This document shows positions 54,408 to 63,686 of a DNA stretch of 64,000 bases, one piece after another. The notes under the pieces are model-generated. The model was given only the letters and a program-made list of their open reading frames with translations, searched no databases and was not told the DNA's origin. Every line of letters starts with the position of its first letter. Position 1 is the stretch's first letter. The DNA lies in the IMG/VR virus record IMGVR_UViG_3300009610_000003, positions 18,173 through 82,172 of that record. One strand, 5' to 3'. The position numbers and the translations under genes were made by a program. The stretch is from a virus.

Positions 54408-54694
54408 GAACCGCCGAGACACTGGCCCAGACCATCCGCCGCGTGAAGTGGGAACGCGACCGGCTGCGCGAGACAAACGAGCGGCTGAACATGGCGCTGG
54501 ACGAAATCAGATCGTGGGCCAAAGCCTACCCGCTGGAAATTTTCCCCGAGTACGATTTCAAGGAAGCCCACAAGGTGCTGGTGACCCACGGCATGACGCT
54601 GGACGCCATTTCGGCCCACGCCATGCGCCACGTGCTGAAGGGCGTCATCCAGATCATCGACGGCGCGCTCACCGAGGAAACCAGCAATGCCTGA
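54404..54694 (+). CDS. Hypothetical protein
   Basis: ERDRLRE..WAKAYPLEIFPE, ATGA overlap. Confidence 0.7.
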   Translation: MRTAETLAQTIRRVKWERDRLRETNERLNMALDEIRSWAKAYPLEIFPEYDFKEAHKVLVTHGMTLDAISAHAMRHVLKGVIQIIDGALTEETSNA

Positions 54695-55016
54695 CGAGAA
54701 CCCGCAGAAGCTCGCCCTTGAGTGGCTGAACAACATACTGGCCCGCGTCCGGGAAGTCGAAGCCGAGAACAAGCGGCTGCTGGAAATAATCGCTCGCAAG
54801 CCGACCGGCACGAAGACCCAACGTGAACAGCAGATGCTGAAGCGGATGGAAGCGGCGGAAGCCGAGTGCGCAAGCCTGCGTGAAACCAAGGACAAGTTCA
54901 TGTGGCAGGTGCGCGATACCTGCAAGCGAGCCGAAGCCGCCGAAGCCGAATGTGCCCGGCTGCGCGCGGCGCTAGAGCGACGCGGTGAAGCAATCTTCGG
55001 GCGAGACGGAGATTAA
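54687..55016 (+). CDS. Coiled-coil hypothetical protein
   Basis: AEAECA..LR repeats, GAGGA RBS. Confidence 0.65.
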   Translation: MPDENPQKLALEWLNNILARVREVEAENKRLLEIIARKPTGTKTQREQQMLKRMEAAEAECASLRETKDKFMWQVRDTCKRAEAAEAECARLRAALERRGEAIFGRDGD

Positions 55017-55021
55017 GGACA

Positions 55022-55384
55022 ATGAGCGATCTGACTGACAGGCTCCGCAACCCATCTGCATGGCCCGGCGGCGAATTGATGCTGCTCACCGAAGCTGCCA
55101 ACGAAATCGACCGGCTGCGAGAACGTGTTGTAAAACTGGAACGCTCTCAGCTTGAGACCTCTATCGAAAACAACCGGCTGCGCGAGGCGCTGAGCGTTAC
55201 GAGTGCTGACGACCCGCGCTATCAGAAATACTGGACTAACCTTGGTGGGCGGATAGCAGAAAGGGACCGGCTGCGCGAGGCGCTGACGGGGCTCTTGGCT
55301 ATTGACGAAAACACCGAGCCGCTTGTCGCTAAGGCCGCGTGGCTTCGCGCCGAAGCCGCGCTAGCGAAGGAGGCGGGGAAATGA
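55022..55384 (+). CDS. Coiled-coil hypothetical protein
   Basis: MSDLTDRLR..EAANEIDRLRE..RLREAL. Confidence 0.7.
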   Translation: MSDLTDRLRNPSAWPGGELMLLTEAANEIDRLRERVVKLERSQLETSIENNRLREALSVTSADDPRYQKYWTNLGGRIAERDRLREALTGLLAIDENTEPLVAKAAWLRAEAALAKEAGK

Positions 55385-55722
55385 TCGACCAGTCATGGGA
55401 ACACGATGACGCAGGCCGGGTCATATTGGAGTTGATGACGGAGCGGGACCGGCTGCGCGAGGCTCAAGTCTGGGTGTCAGCTAGCACGATGGAAAAGGAT
55501 GCTCCGAGGTGGGGCGAACACTTCCTGATATTTCGTCGCGGTGGCGAGCGGCTGGGGGAACTGGCTATCCAGCCGGACCAGATCGGTCTTGCCCGCTACG
55601 TTCCCGACGACCGGACTGGCTGGCGGCTGGAAACGAACTGGCAGTACGGCTCCAAGTACGCATTGTCACAGCCGACGCACTGGGCGAAAATTCCAACACC
55701 CCCCAAAGCGGAGGAAACCTGA
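55381..55722 (+). CDS. DUF551-like hypothetical protein
   Basis: ERDRLRE..W...KDAP..PTHW..IP.PP, GGAGG RBS. Confidence 0.6.
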   Translation: MIDQSWEHDDAGRVILELMTERDRLREAQVWVSASTMEKDAPRWGEHFLIFRRGGERLGELAIQPDQIGLARYVPDDRTGWRLETNWQYGSKYALSQPTHWAKIPTPPKAEET

Positions 55723-55877
55723 TGCTGCTGCATCGCACAGGCTACGCAGCGACGCTGCTCGGCACCCGCAAACTTGTCCGCCTGTGGCCCAGCCGCTGGT
55801 GGCTGGTGCGTGGGCGCGACAACAGGAACGGGCGGCTGTTCATCGGCTTTGCCCGCTACGAGAAGGCGGCGCGGTAA
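55722..55877 (+). CDS. Hypothetical protein (51 aa)
   Basis: GGAGG RBS, TGATG and TAATG coupling. Confidence 0.5.
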   Translation: MLLHRTGYAATLLGTRKLVRLWPSRWWLVRGRDNRNGRLFIGFARYEKAAR

Positions 55878-56083
55878 TGAGCGACCAACGCTACACTGAC
55901 GCGCTGCTCGCGAACGGGCGGCTCCGCGAGGAGCGGGACAAGCTGCGCGAGGCGCTGGAATGGTACGCTGAGCAGGTCGCAGGCTGTCGCAAGCTCGGCA
56001 GTATCGGTGACCCTGCACGCCACGCACTGGATGCTGACGGCGGAAAGCGTGCCCGCACCGCGCTGGCGAAGGAGGGGAAATGA
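55877..56083 (+). CDS. Hypothetical protein
   Basis: ERDKLREALEWYA..DGGKRAR.AL. Confidence 0.65.
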   Translation: MSDQRYTDALLANGRLREERDKLREALEWYAEQVAGCRKLGSIGDPARHALDADGGKRARTALAKEGK

Positions 56084-56174
56084 AGCTCACACCAGAAACA
56101 GGCGGCGCGTTCCTGTTGGGGTCATTGTTCATGCTGCTTCTCGTAACCATGGCAGAGTATTGGCAGGCGGGGCA

Positions 56175-56384
56175 GTGAGCGACACCCATGCCCTGCCCGT
56201 CGCCCGGCTGGTGAAAGCCGTGGAAGCGCTGCTGGCCTCGCTGTCCCACGACGATCAGGGGACGATGATCGGCGGCAAGTACCAAGGCGGCAACGGCGGG
56301 CTCATCTCCCCCGCCACGGTCGCGCTGGCCGACGAGGTGCGCCGCGCGCTCAACGCGCTTGCCAACCTCAATGGCCGGTCTTGA
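56175..56384 (+). CDS. Hypothetical protein
   Basis: GTG start coupled to a 32-aa hydrophobic ORF (56080-56178). GGNGGLIS motif. Confidence 0.55.
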   Translation: MSDTHALPVARLVKAVEALLASLSHDDQGTMIGGKYQGGNGGLISPATVALADEVRRALNALANLNGRS

Positions 56385-56565
56385 CCCAGACCGTGACCCT
56401 GATCGTGTTGTCGGGCATGTCGAAATTGCGCTCGACCACCGTGTAGGTTTCCCCGTCCCCGAACGTCACATCGTCGCCGACCATGGGCGGGGTGTACATC
56501 AGGTAATCGCCCAGCGCCTTGCCGCCGTCCACGTAGAAACTCACCTTGTCTGCGCCGTTGGCCAT
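56368..56565 (-). CDS. Hypothetical protein
   Basis: GAGGA RBS, last gene of the leftward lysis block. Confidence 0.6.
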   Translation of the reverse strand: MANGADKVSFYVDGGKALGDYLMYTPPMVGDDVTFGDGETYTVVERNFDMPDNTIRVTVWVKTGH

Positions 56566-56574
56566 GTCAGTTCC

Positions 56575-57009
56575 TCATCGAATTGGAATTGTGGACGGCG
56601 GGAAAATCTTGATGTCGCCGCCGGGAAAGACCGGGCTGGGGTGGTTCTCCGGGTCGCGCGCATAGGCGATGATCGCCCCCAGCATGTTGCAAAGTGCAAC
56701 AGCCTGATTGGCATCCGGCTCGTTTGGCGTCTCAATCGAAATCACCCACCTGTCCTGCCCCGAATAGGCGAACGGCCTGCTGACCCGGTAGTCATTGCCG
56801 CCGCCGCTCACGCTGGCGATGCGCATGAAGCAGTCGGTTGCCGGTATCGGGGCTTCCGAGTAGGTCGAAAAGAATACGCTGGCGAACTCGTTGTCGGTCG
56901 TGAGCTTGTAGGCGAAATAGCCGGGGATCAAGACCAGCGCGAGCGCGATGATGACCCCCACGTTGCGGAGGGTCAGGCCCTTCAGGTAACCAAGCCAGTC
57001 GTTCACCAT
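56575..57009 (-). CDS. Single-pass membrane protein in the lysis region
   Basis: TM segment VGVIIALALVLIPGYFAY, soluble domain with two Cys. Confidence 0.65.
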   Translation of the reverse strand: MVNDWLGYLKGLTLRNVGVIIALALVLIPGYFAYKLTTDNEFASVFFSTYSEAPIPATDCFMRIASVSGGGNDYRVSRPFAYSGQDRWVISIETPNEPDANQAVALCNMLGAIIAYARDPENHPSPVFPGGDIKIFPPSTIPIR

Positions 57010-57124
57010 ATGTCTGCCCCGTACAGGCGGTTCGTGCCTTCGCCGCTGTCTGATACCGGCCAGACCCCGGAAACGCGCTGGCGGGGCCGCTGGGTGGCCC
57101 AGCGCTGATTTTAACCGCCGAAGA

Positions 57125-57334
57125 TCAGGTCACACTCGGCAACCCGACATGAACTCCGGTGAACTGAAGCAACAGCAGGATGATGATCAGCACCGCAACG
57201 ACCACCATGGCCATCTTGGCGAAGCGGTTGAACGGCTCTGCCACGTTCAGGTAGTCGAGCGCCCAGAACACCAGCCCGCCGACGAGGGCCAGCACGATTA
57301 TCCAGACGAGCAGGTTGACCAGTGCGGCTATCAT
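57125..57334 (-). CDS. Two-TM membrane protein, holin candidate
   Basis: Two long hydrophobic helices, directly after the endolysin. Confidence 0.6.
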   Translation of the reverse strand: MIAALVNLLVWIIVLALVGGLVFWALDYLNVAEPFNRFAKMAMVVVAVLIIILLLLQFTGVHVGLPSVT

Positions 57335-57347
57335 GACTGCGATCCTT

Positions 57348-58079
57348 TCACGGTTCGACGGTCGGTTCCGGCGATGAAGCCGTCTCCACGGACATCACGC
57401 TTACGACAGCCTGCTCTCTTTCCCGCACAGTCGAACGCAGGCGGTCGCCGCAGGCTTTCGCGCCTTTGACGGATGCGTCGAAGGCGAGGCGTGTATAATC
57501 CCACTTGCCCGATTGCGCGATGCCGAGATTGGCCTGCACCTCAGCGTGGGAAAGAACAGTATCGTCGGTGATGGGGATGGAATAGCGCGAGCAAAGCTCG
57601 GCCACGACCTGACACATCGTCTCCCACTGGGTTTCAGTGGTGGGATATTTGCCCGCGCTGAACGGGTTTTCAACCGCACCCGCCATTGAACAGCAGGAAA
57701 CACCAATTGAACCAGTATTACAGTTCTTCGTGTGCGCTGCATACCGGCCATCGGAAGTATTCACATTGTCCTTGATGGAATAGCTGCCGCGAACCAGCCT
57801 GCCATCGTCCTCAACGAGGATGTGGTAATGGGCCACATCGTCGCTGTTGGCTTTCCAAGCGCCTGCCGTCCAATGGACGATCACCCGTTCCATCGAACAG
57901 TCGGGCATCCACTCATCCGGGATAATCCCGTTGGGGATGATCGGCTCAGGCACATCAGGTGCCCACAGGTCGAGCGCGTCGAAAATGGCTTCTTCCGTGA
58001 GCGGGCCATAAACGCCATCGGTCGGGCCGGGGTCGAGCCCCAGCGCCCGCAGGCGTGATTGCAGTTCAGCGGTTCTCAT
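57348..58079 (-). CDS. Endolysin (peptidoglycan-binding domain plus N-acetylmuramoyl-L-alanine amidase)
   Basis: LQSRLRALG.DPGP.DGVYGPLT, VIVHWTAG, YHILV, AAHT..CNTGSIGV, VLSHAE..GKWD. Confidence 0.9.
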   Translation of the reverse strand: MRTAELQSRLRALGLDPGPTDGVYGPLTEEAIFDALDLWAPDVPEPIIPNGIIPDEWMPDCSMERVIVHWTAGAWKANSDDVAHYHILVEDDGRLVRGSYSIKDNVNTSDGRYAAHTKNCNTGSIGVSCCSMAGAVENPFSAGKYPTTETQWETMCQVVAELCSRYSIPITDDTVLSHAEVQANLGIAQSGKWDYTRLAFDASVKGAKACGDRLRSTVREREQAVVSVMSVETASSPEPTVEP

Positions 58080-58566
58080 TTTTCAGCTCCCTTTTAGGCG
58101 GTGGTGCCTTTGCCGCCGATGTTGCTGCCGTTAACGCCGCCGTTGCCTCTGCCACCTTGTCATTGGCAGCTTCCATGACTTCCGTGAGCCGGGCAGCTTG
58201 CAGCTTGCTTTCATTGATGGCCTGATAGCTGCGGATAAGCTCGTTGTTGACGCTGCCGAACGCCGTAGCGCGGGTGTCCCAGATCGCCTCAAGGGCGCTG
58301 GCCAACTGCTCGTCGGTCACATCGGCGCTGGTGCCGCTTTCCAGCGCGCTGGTGATGTCCGGGCTGTTGCTGACCGCGTGAACGGCGAGCAGAAGCGGGC
58401 GCTCGTCGCCCCGGAATATCTGGTTGGCGTAGGCCAGCCGGTTGGCGTAATTCGGCGTTTCCGGGGGCTCCCCGGTAGCGCGTTGCGCGATCTGCATGGC
58501 CGCGTAAGCGACACGCTGGCAGAACAGCTTGTCGGCGATTTCCGTCATGACTTTTTCACTGGCCAT
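58066..58566 (-). CDS. Hypothetical protein
   Basis: F.QRV.YA..EPPETPNYANRLAYA, in operon. Confidence 0.7.
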   Translation of the reverse strand: MASEKVMTEIADKLFCQRVAYAAMQIAQRATGEPPETPNYANRLAYANQIFRGDERPLLLAVHAVSNSPDITSALESGTSADVTDEQLASALEAIWDTRATAFGSVNNELIRSYQAINESKLQAARLTEVMEAANDKVAEATAALTAATSAAKAPPPKRELKNENR

Positions 58567-58843
58567 CGAATAGGTCCCCTATGGTTTCGCCGCCCAGCAG
58601 GCTGAACGGTATCTGGCCCAGCTTCTCGGCGAATGTCAGTGGCGTCGGCGGTGGCCCGCTGTCGGCTACCCAGTCATCCCGTTCGCGGTCGAAGACGGCG
58701 CGTTGGCCTGTCTCAAGTTCCGGCGGTGCCTTGGTGGTGGCGTAGGCCGGGATGATGAAGGCTCCGGGCTCAAGCAAATCCGGGTCGGCGTCGTCTTCCC
58801 CGGTGAATTCGCCGGTCTGGAAGTGGTAATTGTAAATTCGCAT
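58556..58843 (-). CDS. Tail fibre assembly-like protein
   Basis: IYNYH..TGEF.G...ADPD.LEPG.FIIPAYATT.APP. Confidence 0.75.
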   Translation of the reverse strand: MRIYNYHFQTGEFTGEDDADPDLLEPGAFIIPAYATTKAPPELETGQRAVFDRERDDWVADSGPPPTPLTFAEKLGQIPFSLLGGETIGDLFDGQ

Positions 58844-58857
58844 CTTAACACTCTCCC

Positions 58858-60027
58858 CTAGTATTTGATGCAGGCCAGCAGCGCGATATTTCTCGGGCGG
58901 GTTTCAGCCATCGCGGGCGTGGCGTTGACGGTGACGGTATGGGCGTGGTTAGCCACAGTGTCGGTATAGCCGCCGCTGAAAGTGTGGCCATGCGCGCCGC
59001 CTGTGCCCGTGTTGGCCGACCGACTGTCCCTAGCATCGCCGCCTTCTATGGAATTCTCCCAGTAGTTCGCATGAGTATAGATTTGAGTGTACGTGTGGCT
59101 GTGCGCCGCCGCTGCGTCGATGGTGCCGTAGGCGGCATGGTTGTGGGTGCCTGCTGCGCCGCTGCTTGCAGTGTGCGCGTGGCTTTCGATGGCGTCCTGT
59201 TGCAGGGTGCCGATGGCGCGGGATGCATCCACGCCTCGCGCATTGTCCCAGTTGCGCACGAAGTTGCCGCGTCCATCAGGGATGCGGAACGTGGTCGAGC
59301 CGTCACCGGGCGAGAACTGGCCTTCCGTCCACAGGGCATCGGTTGACGTGAGGTTGCCGCTGGCCTGTGCAAAGCCCCACAGGCTGGTGTAGCTCGCGCG
59401 GGTCAGCAGTGCCCCGTTCAGGCGCAGGAAGCCCGCTGGCGGGTTCGCCGAGGGCACGTGAACCACGCCGCCGACCGGGAAGGCCCCACCCATCGTGTTG
59501 TCGGTGAACAGGTTGGTGCCGTCATAGAACAGCGTGATGCTGGCCCCTGCCGTCAGGGTCAGCGCCGTGACACCGTCCACCGTTTCAGCCGCGTAGGGGT
59601 CGATGGTGATGGTGATGTTGGCCGCGATGATGCGCACCCACCAGCCCGCGATGAGCGTCGCCTTGGGGTCTATGGCGACCGTCTGCGCCGACGCACCGCT
59701 GAAGTTGAACAGGGTGCCCCAATCACTCAGGTGCAGCGTAGCGCCGCCGGAAGCGATGGTGCGGGCGAAGTTGCCTGCCGACGAGTACCGGTGCCCCACC
59801 GGGTCGATGAAGCCGCGCAGGGCGCTGCCGACGCCGTCATAGACGTAGTCAACCCACGACGCCGCGTTGGTGTCGTTTATCCAGTTCAGGCCCGCCACCT
59901 TGTAGGTGGGCACGGCAGCGCCCTTGTGGGTCGTGTGCAGCGCGTCGCGCCATGCGTTCAGGTCGGCAGCGAGGCCGGAACCCGACTTGGTGCTGGCAAC
60001 GATGGTGCCGAAATTAAACTGGCTCAT
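58858..60027 (-). CDS. Tail fibre protein with tail-collar domain
   Basis: PVG..PPAGFLRLNGA..GDGSTTFRIPDGRG.F.R.WD..RGVD, H.H repeats, ETRPRNIAL..CIKY. Confidence 0.9.
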   Translation of the reverse strand: MSQFNFGTIVASTKSGSGLAADLNAWRDALHTTHKGAAVPTYKVAGLNWINDTNAASWVDYVYDGVGSALRGFIDPVGHRYSSAGNFARTIASGGATLHLSDWGTLFNFSGASAQTVAIDPKATLIAGWWVRIIAANITITIDPYAAETVDGVTALTLTAGASITLFYDGTNLFTDNTMGGAFPVGGVVHVPSANPPAGFLRLNGALLTRASYTSLWGFAQASGNLTSTDALWTEGQFSPGDGSTTFRIPDGRGNFVRNWDNARGVDASRAIGTLQQDAIESHAHTASSGAAGTHNHAAYGTIDAAAAHSHTYTQIYTHANYWENSIEGGDARDSRSANTGTGGAHGHTFSGGYTDTVANHAHTVTVNATPAMAETRPRNIALLACIKY

Positions 60028-63000
60028 TGAACCCTTCCCCAGCCTTTCGACATCCAGTCGAATGTCAGGCTCTTCAACACATTGCCACTGGTGTAAAATT
60101 TCACGTTGAAAGACGTTTCGGTCTTCGCGCTTACGATCCAGTAATCGCCCTGCACCATGTTCTGCGGCGTGATGACCACTGCCGGGGGCACCCGGTACTT
60201 GCCATTCGGATAAGTGATCGTGATGCCGGGCGCAGGAGCTATGATGTCGTCGCCCTGTTCGATGCGGTCGGCCATATCGATGGTCACCGACAACTGCTGG
60301 ATGGCGGGCGTGGTGGTCGAATAGACGGTGTTGCTCTCAACGTCCATTTCCACCTTGCCCTTGAGTACCAGCCGGAACTGGATGCCCCACGCCACGATGT
60401 CGGTCAGCCCGCCGAAAGGCCGCCATGCTTCCCACAGGTTCGATGTCGGGTTGACCTGCGTGATGCGGTATTCGGGCTGTATCGACCATTCCGATTTGTC
60501 GATGGGGTCGATGGGGTTGACGCTCGCCAGCGTCACCCATTTCGACATCACGTTCTGCGGGTTGTAGCCATAGGCGTCGATGAACAGGGTGATGCGCGCG
60601 GCGATGTTCTCGCCGAGGTTGATCTGATTGGCAAAGGTGTAGGTGCCGTCGATCTGGAAATTCAGCCCGGTGACATCGTCGGTCAGCCGCAATTCTTCGG
60701 CCACCATCTCGGTGTTCAACTTGACACCGGTAAAATTGGGGTCTTCCTGAATTACGGTGATGAAGTTCAGCGCTGTCAGGCTGGCAACATTAGTATAAAT
60801 CGTCTTCGCATTAGCAGATGCCAAGCCCCAAGGGCGCTTGGCTTTAATAAAAAATGTACCTGTTCTTGTGCCAATCTGCGCCGAGGTCGTCACGGTATCG
60901 ATGAGTGGCAGCGCCCCGTTCCAGATCGGCGCGACGATGCCATCGGCGGCATGGCGAAGCTCATACGAGACATCGACACCGGCCACGGCGTCCCACCGCA
61001 AGATTGACACGTCGCCCGTGGTCGAGATGCGGAAATTCTCGACATCGGCTGGCGGCTGCGAGAACTCGGTGGTGGCATGTGCAGGCGCATACAGCCAGTT
61101 CGAATAGCTGCCGTTCTCGAACACGCTGCGGATGCGCACCGTGTAGACGCCCGCCTCAAGCTGGCGGATTTCAGTGTTGTTGACCGTCGCGGCCTGCGAC
61201 GGCAGCGAAACCCACTTATCGGTGTCGTCGTTCTCTTCGCGATACTGTAGCTGGAACTGCGCCGTGCGCCCGAACGGTGGCGCATCCCAGCTTATGTACA
61301 GCACCGCCCAATACTGCACGCCGCCTTCGGAATAGACGCCATCGGTCACCTGCAAATTCTTCGGCGGCATCAGGAACGGGTCGATGGGGTCGCTGATGCC
61401 TTCGGTGTAGGCCGGGATTTGCCCGATGTCGGCGTTGGCGATTTCCGGGGCGTCGGCTACGAGGGTCAGCCGATGCACCATGTCTTCCATGGGCTCGATG
61501 CCGGTTACCCTGAAAACCCGACTGTCAGTGCCAGAATAACCAAAGGAAAACAGATCGTTAGCAGCAGGCATAGGAAGCCCAGTACCCACCAACTGAACCG
61601 TTGTGTATTCGCCTTGGTAAAGCGTCGGATCAACTGAGCGCTCAAGGTACGTGCCATTCGCCAGCCTGAAGCGGAACATATAGCCGGTGGTGCCTGCCAG
61701 CGTCAGGTTGGTGTCCACCGTGACGATCTGGTTGGGGCCGTCAACCGACACCACGCGCCCCGCGTAGAGCCCGTACTTGAAGCTGTCGAAATTCACCCTG
61801 ACGCGATCACCCCGGATGAGCGGCAGCGCGTCCCAGCTTGTCATGATGCTGTAGATGCCGGGCCGCAGGATGCGTTGCGCAAGGTGGAAGCGGGCATGTC
61901 GCCACACTCTGTCAGTGTGGGTCTGGCCCGGCGTGTCGAAGCCTTCCAGCAGGGTCGCATTGGCCTTGTTGTACCCATCGTTGTAGACGACGCGCTCGTC
62001 TTCCTTCCACTCTTTCTGCTCGTTGGGGAAGCGTATCCGGTAGCCGTGGGGGATGGGCTCAAGGTCGCGCTGCTCTTCGAAGTTCCAGCTATTGCGCGGG
62101 GTGAAAAGCTGGCTGATCGGCACGTTCTGATCGTCCCAGACGACAGACCATTTGCCATCTTTGAACACCGGCATGGCGCGGCCCGCCGCGCAGATTTCGG
62201 TCAGGAGGTCGAACACCGACATCTGGCCGACGACCCATTTGTCATAGACGAAGCCTTTGGTCTTGCAGTAGGCCGACCACTGCTGAAGCGCCACCAGATC
62301 GATCTTGGCCGTGGGGAATGGCCGCCGGTTGGCCCCGCATTGCAGCACCCACCTGAACAGGTCCGGGGGACTGCGGGAAGCCGTGTTGGCGACCCACGCC
62401 GTGCCGTTCCACGCGGTCACCTTTGAGGTGGCAAGGATGTTGTAGGTGTCCACGCTCTGGTTGATGCGGCCCGATGCCTTGACACGCAGTGCCGTCAGGC
62501 TGACCGGGGCGTCGGTGAAGCGCACCGGCTCGCCCGTGCGGAACGTACGGATGGCCGTCCACATGCAGGTGTCGAAGACCCCTATCTTCGACCGGTCGAT
62601 CTGCGCTTGGGACATTTCGTTGCCCTCTTTGTGGATTTCGAATTCGTACTGCCGACCGACCACCGGCAGGTTGATGGTGACCGTGCGCCGGGTCGCCTTC
62701 TGGGTGGCCAGAACCATCCAGAAATTGGGGGCGCTCGTCCACGTCACCCCGGACGGGTATTCCCGGTATCGGATGGAAATCGAATAGCCCATGCGCTGGC
62801 GCTTGCCCTTCTCGTCGATCCAGCACAGGCCGTTGGGCCACATGAAATCAAGCGCCACCTGATAGCCGTCCGTGGCGCACGCCTGCTTGCTCGGCGGGTC
62901 AACCTTCTTCAGTTCGATGCTCAGCGGGTTGTCGATGACGCTCGCCGGGTAAAGCGTCGTCGCGGGCTCGCCCACATAGTCGCCGTACCTGTGCTGAATT

Positions 63001-63686
63001 TCCGCTTCCGGGTAGCTGCTGACCAGCGTCTCGCCGATTTTGGCCGTGTCGATTTCCAGCGCCAGCGGCCCGTAGCCATTGCAGAATAACTGCCTGAGAT
63101 ACTGGTCGTCGCCGACTATCTCGGTGTAGGGGCTCGCCGCGAGCGGCGGGGTGATGCGCATCCGACCGAGTAGCAGGGGTATGGGTTGCCACTGGGCGAC
63201 TTGGTTGCGGCTCGCGCTGATGCTGTACACCGGCTTGGCGTCGCTGGGGTCTGGCGGCTTGGGCGCGAACAGCTTGTTGAGCAGGAATTGCAGGCCGATG
63301 CTGATGCCCAGCATGATCAGCTTGCCGAATATGCCCAGCGCCGCAATTGCCGCTTGGAACCCGGCAAAAGCACTGCTCAGCAGCGGTATCAGCGCCATGA
63401 ATGGCCCTTCCGCCACCGGGCGGGCGACCACCGAGGTGTTGGGCTTCAGCCTGACGTGGTCCCACATCTCTTCAGGAACGCGGGTGCCGTCCTGAAGGTA
63501 GAAGCCGAACTTGGCCGGGAAGATCGGCGCGCGGCCCTTGGCGAGCTTTATCGCTTCGGTGACCGACAGCCCCGCAGGCACGTCGAACGCTTCCCGCTGC
63601 GAGCCGAAAGCGTGCGGGAACAGGAAGACCCGGACCTTCTCGTCGGGCAGGAAGATTTCGCCATCGCGGGGCTCAGACGGCCTCAT
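60024..63686 (-). CDS. Tail tip / host-specificity (J-like) protein with N-terminal tail-assembly I-like part
   Basis: 1220 aa. YSISASRNQ..PIP..LGR, YTEIVGDDQYL, FTPRNSW, FN3-like repeats. Confidence 0.9.
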   Translation of the reverse strand: MRPSEPRDGEIFLPDEKVRVFLFPHAFGSQREAFDVPAGLSVTEAIKLAKGRAPIFPAKFGFYLQDGTRVPEEMWDHVRLKPNTSVVARPVAEGPFMALIPLLSSAFAGFQAAIAALGIFGKLIMLGISIGLQFLLNKLFAPKPPDPSDAKPVYSISASRNQVAQWQPIPLLLGRMRITPPLAASPYTEIVGDDQYLRQLFCNGYGPLALEIDTAKIGETLVSSYPEAEIQHRYGDYVGEPATTLYPASVIDNPLSIELKKVDPPSKQACATDGYQVALDFMWPNGLCWIDEKGKRQRMGYSISIRYREYPSGVTWTSAPNFWMVLATQKATRRTVTINLPVVGRQYEFEIHKEGNEMSQAQIDRSKIGVFDTCMWTAIRTFRTGEPVRFTDAPVSLTALRVKASGRINQSVDTYNILATSKVTAWNGTAWVANTASRSPPDLFRWVLQCGANRRPFPTAKIDLVALQQWSAYCKTKGFVYDKWVVGQMSVFDLLTEICAAGRAMPVFKDGKWSVVWDDQNVPISQLFTPRNSWNFEEQRDLEPIPHGYRIRFPNEQKEWKEDERVVYNDGYNKANATLLEGFDTPGQTHTDRVWRHARFHLAQRILRPGIYSIMTSWDALPLIRGDRVRVNFDSFKYGLYAGRVVSVDGPNQIVTVDTNLTLAGTTGYMFRFRLANGTYLERSVDPTLYQGEYTTVQLVGTGLPMPAANDLFSFGYSGTDSRVFRVTGIEPMEDMVHRLTLVADAPEIANADIGQIPAYTEGISDPIDPFLMPPKNLQVTDGVYSEGGVQYWAVLYISWDAPPFGRTAQFQLQYREENDDTDKWVSLPSQAATVNNTEIRQLEAGVYTVRIRSVFENGSYSNWLYAPAHATTEFSQPPADVENFRISTTGDVSILRWDAVAGVDVSYELRHAADGIVAPIWNGALPLIDTVTTSAQIGTRTGTFFIKAKRPWGLASANAKTIYTNVASLTALNFITVIQEDPNFTGVKLNTEMVAEELRLTDDVTGLNFQIDGTYTFANQINLGENIAARITLFIDAYGYNPQNVMSKWVTLASVNPIDPIDKSEWSIQPEYRITQVNPTSNLWEAWRPFGGLTDIVAWGIQFRLVLKGKVEMDVESNTVYSTTTPAIQQLSVTIDMADRIEQGDDIIAPAPGITITYPNGKYRVPPAVVITPQNMVQGDYWIVSAKTETSFNVKFYTSGNVLKSLTFDWMSKGWGRVQ

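Noticed and set aside
57010-57124. GC-rich structured intergenic segment as a tRNA or ncRNA
   Set aside because: No cloverleaf, T-loop consensus or CCA. It is only a short hairpin.
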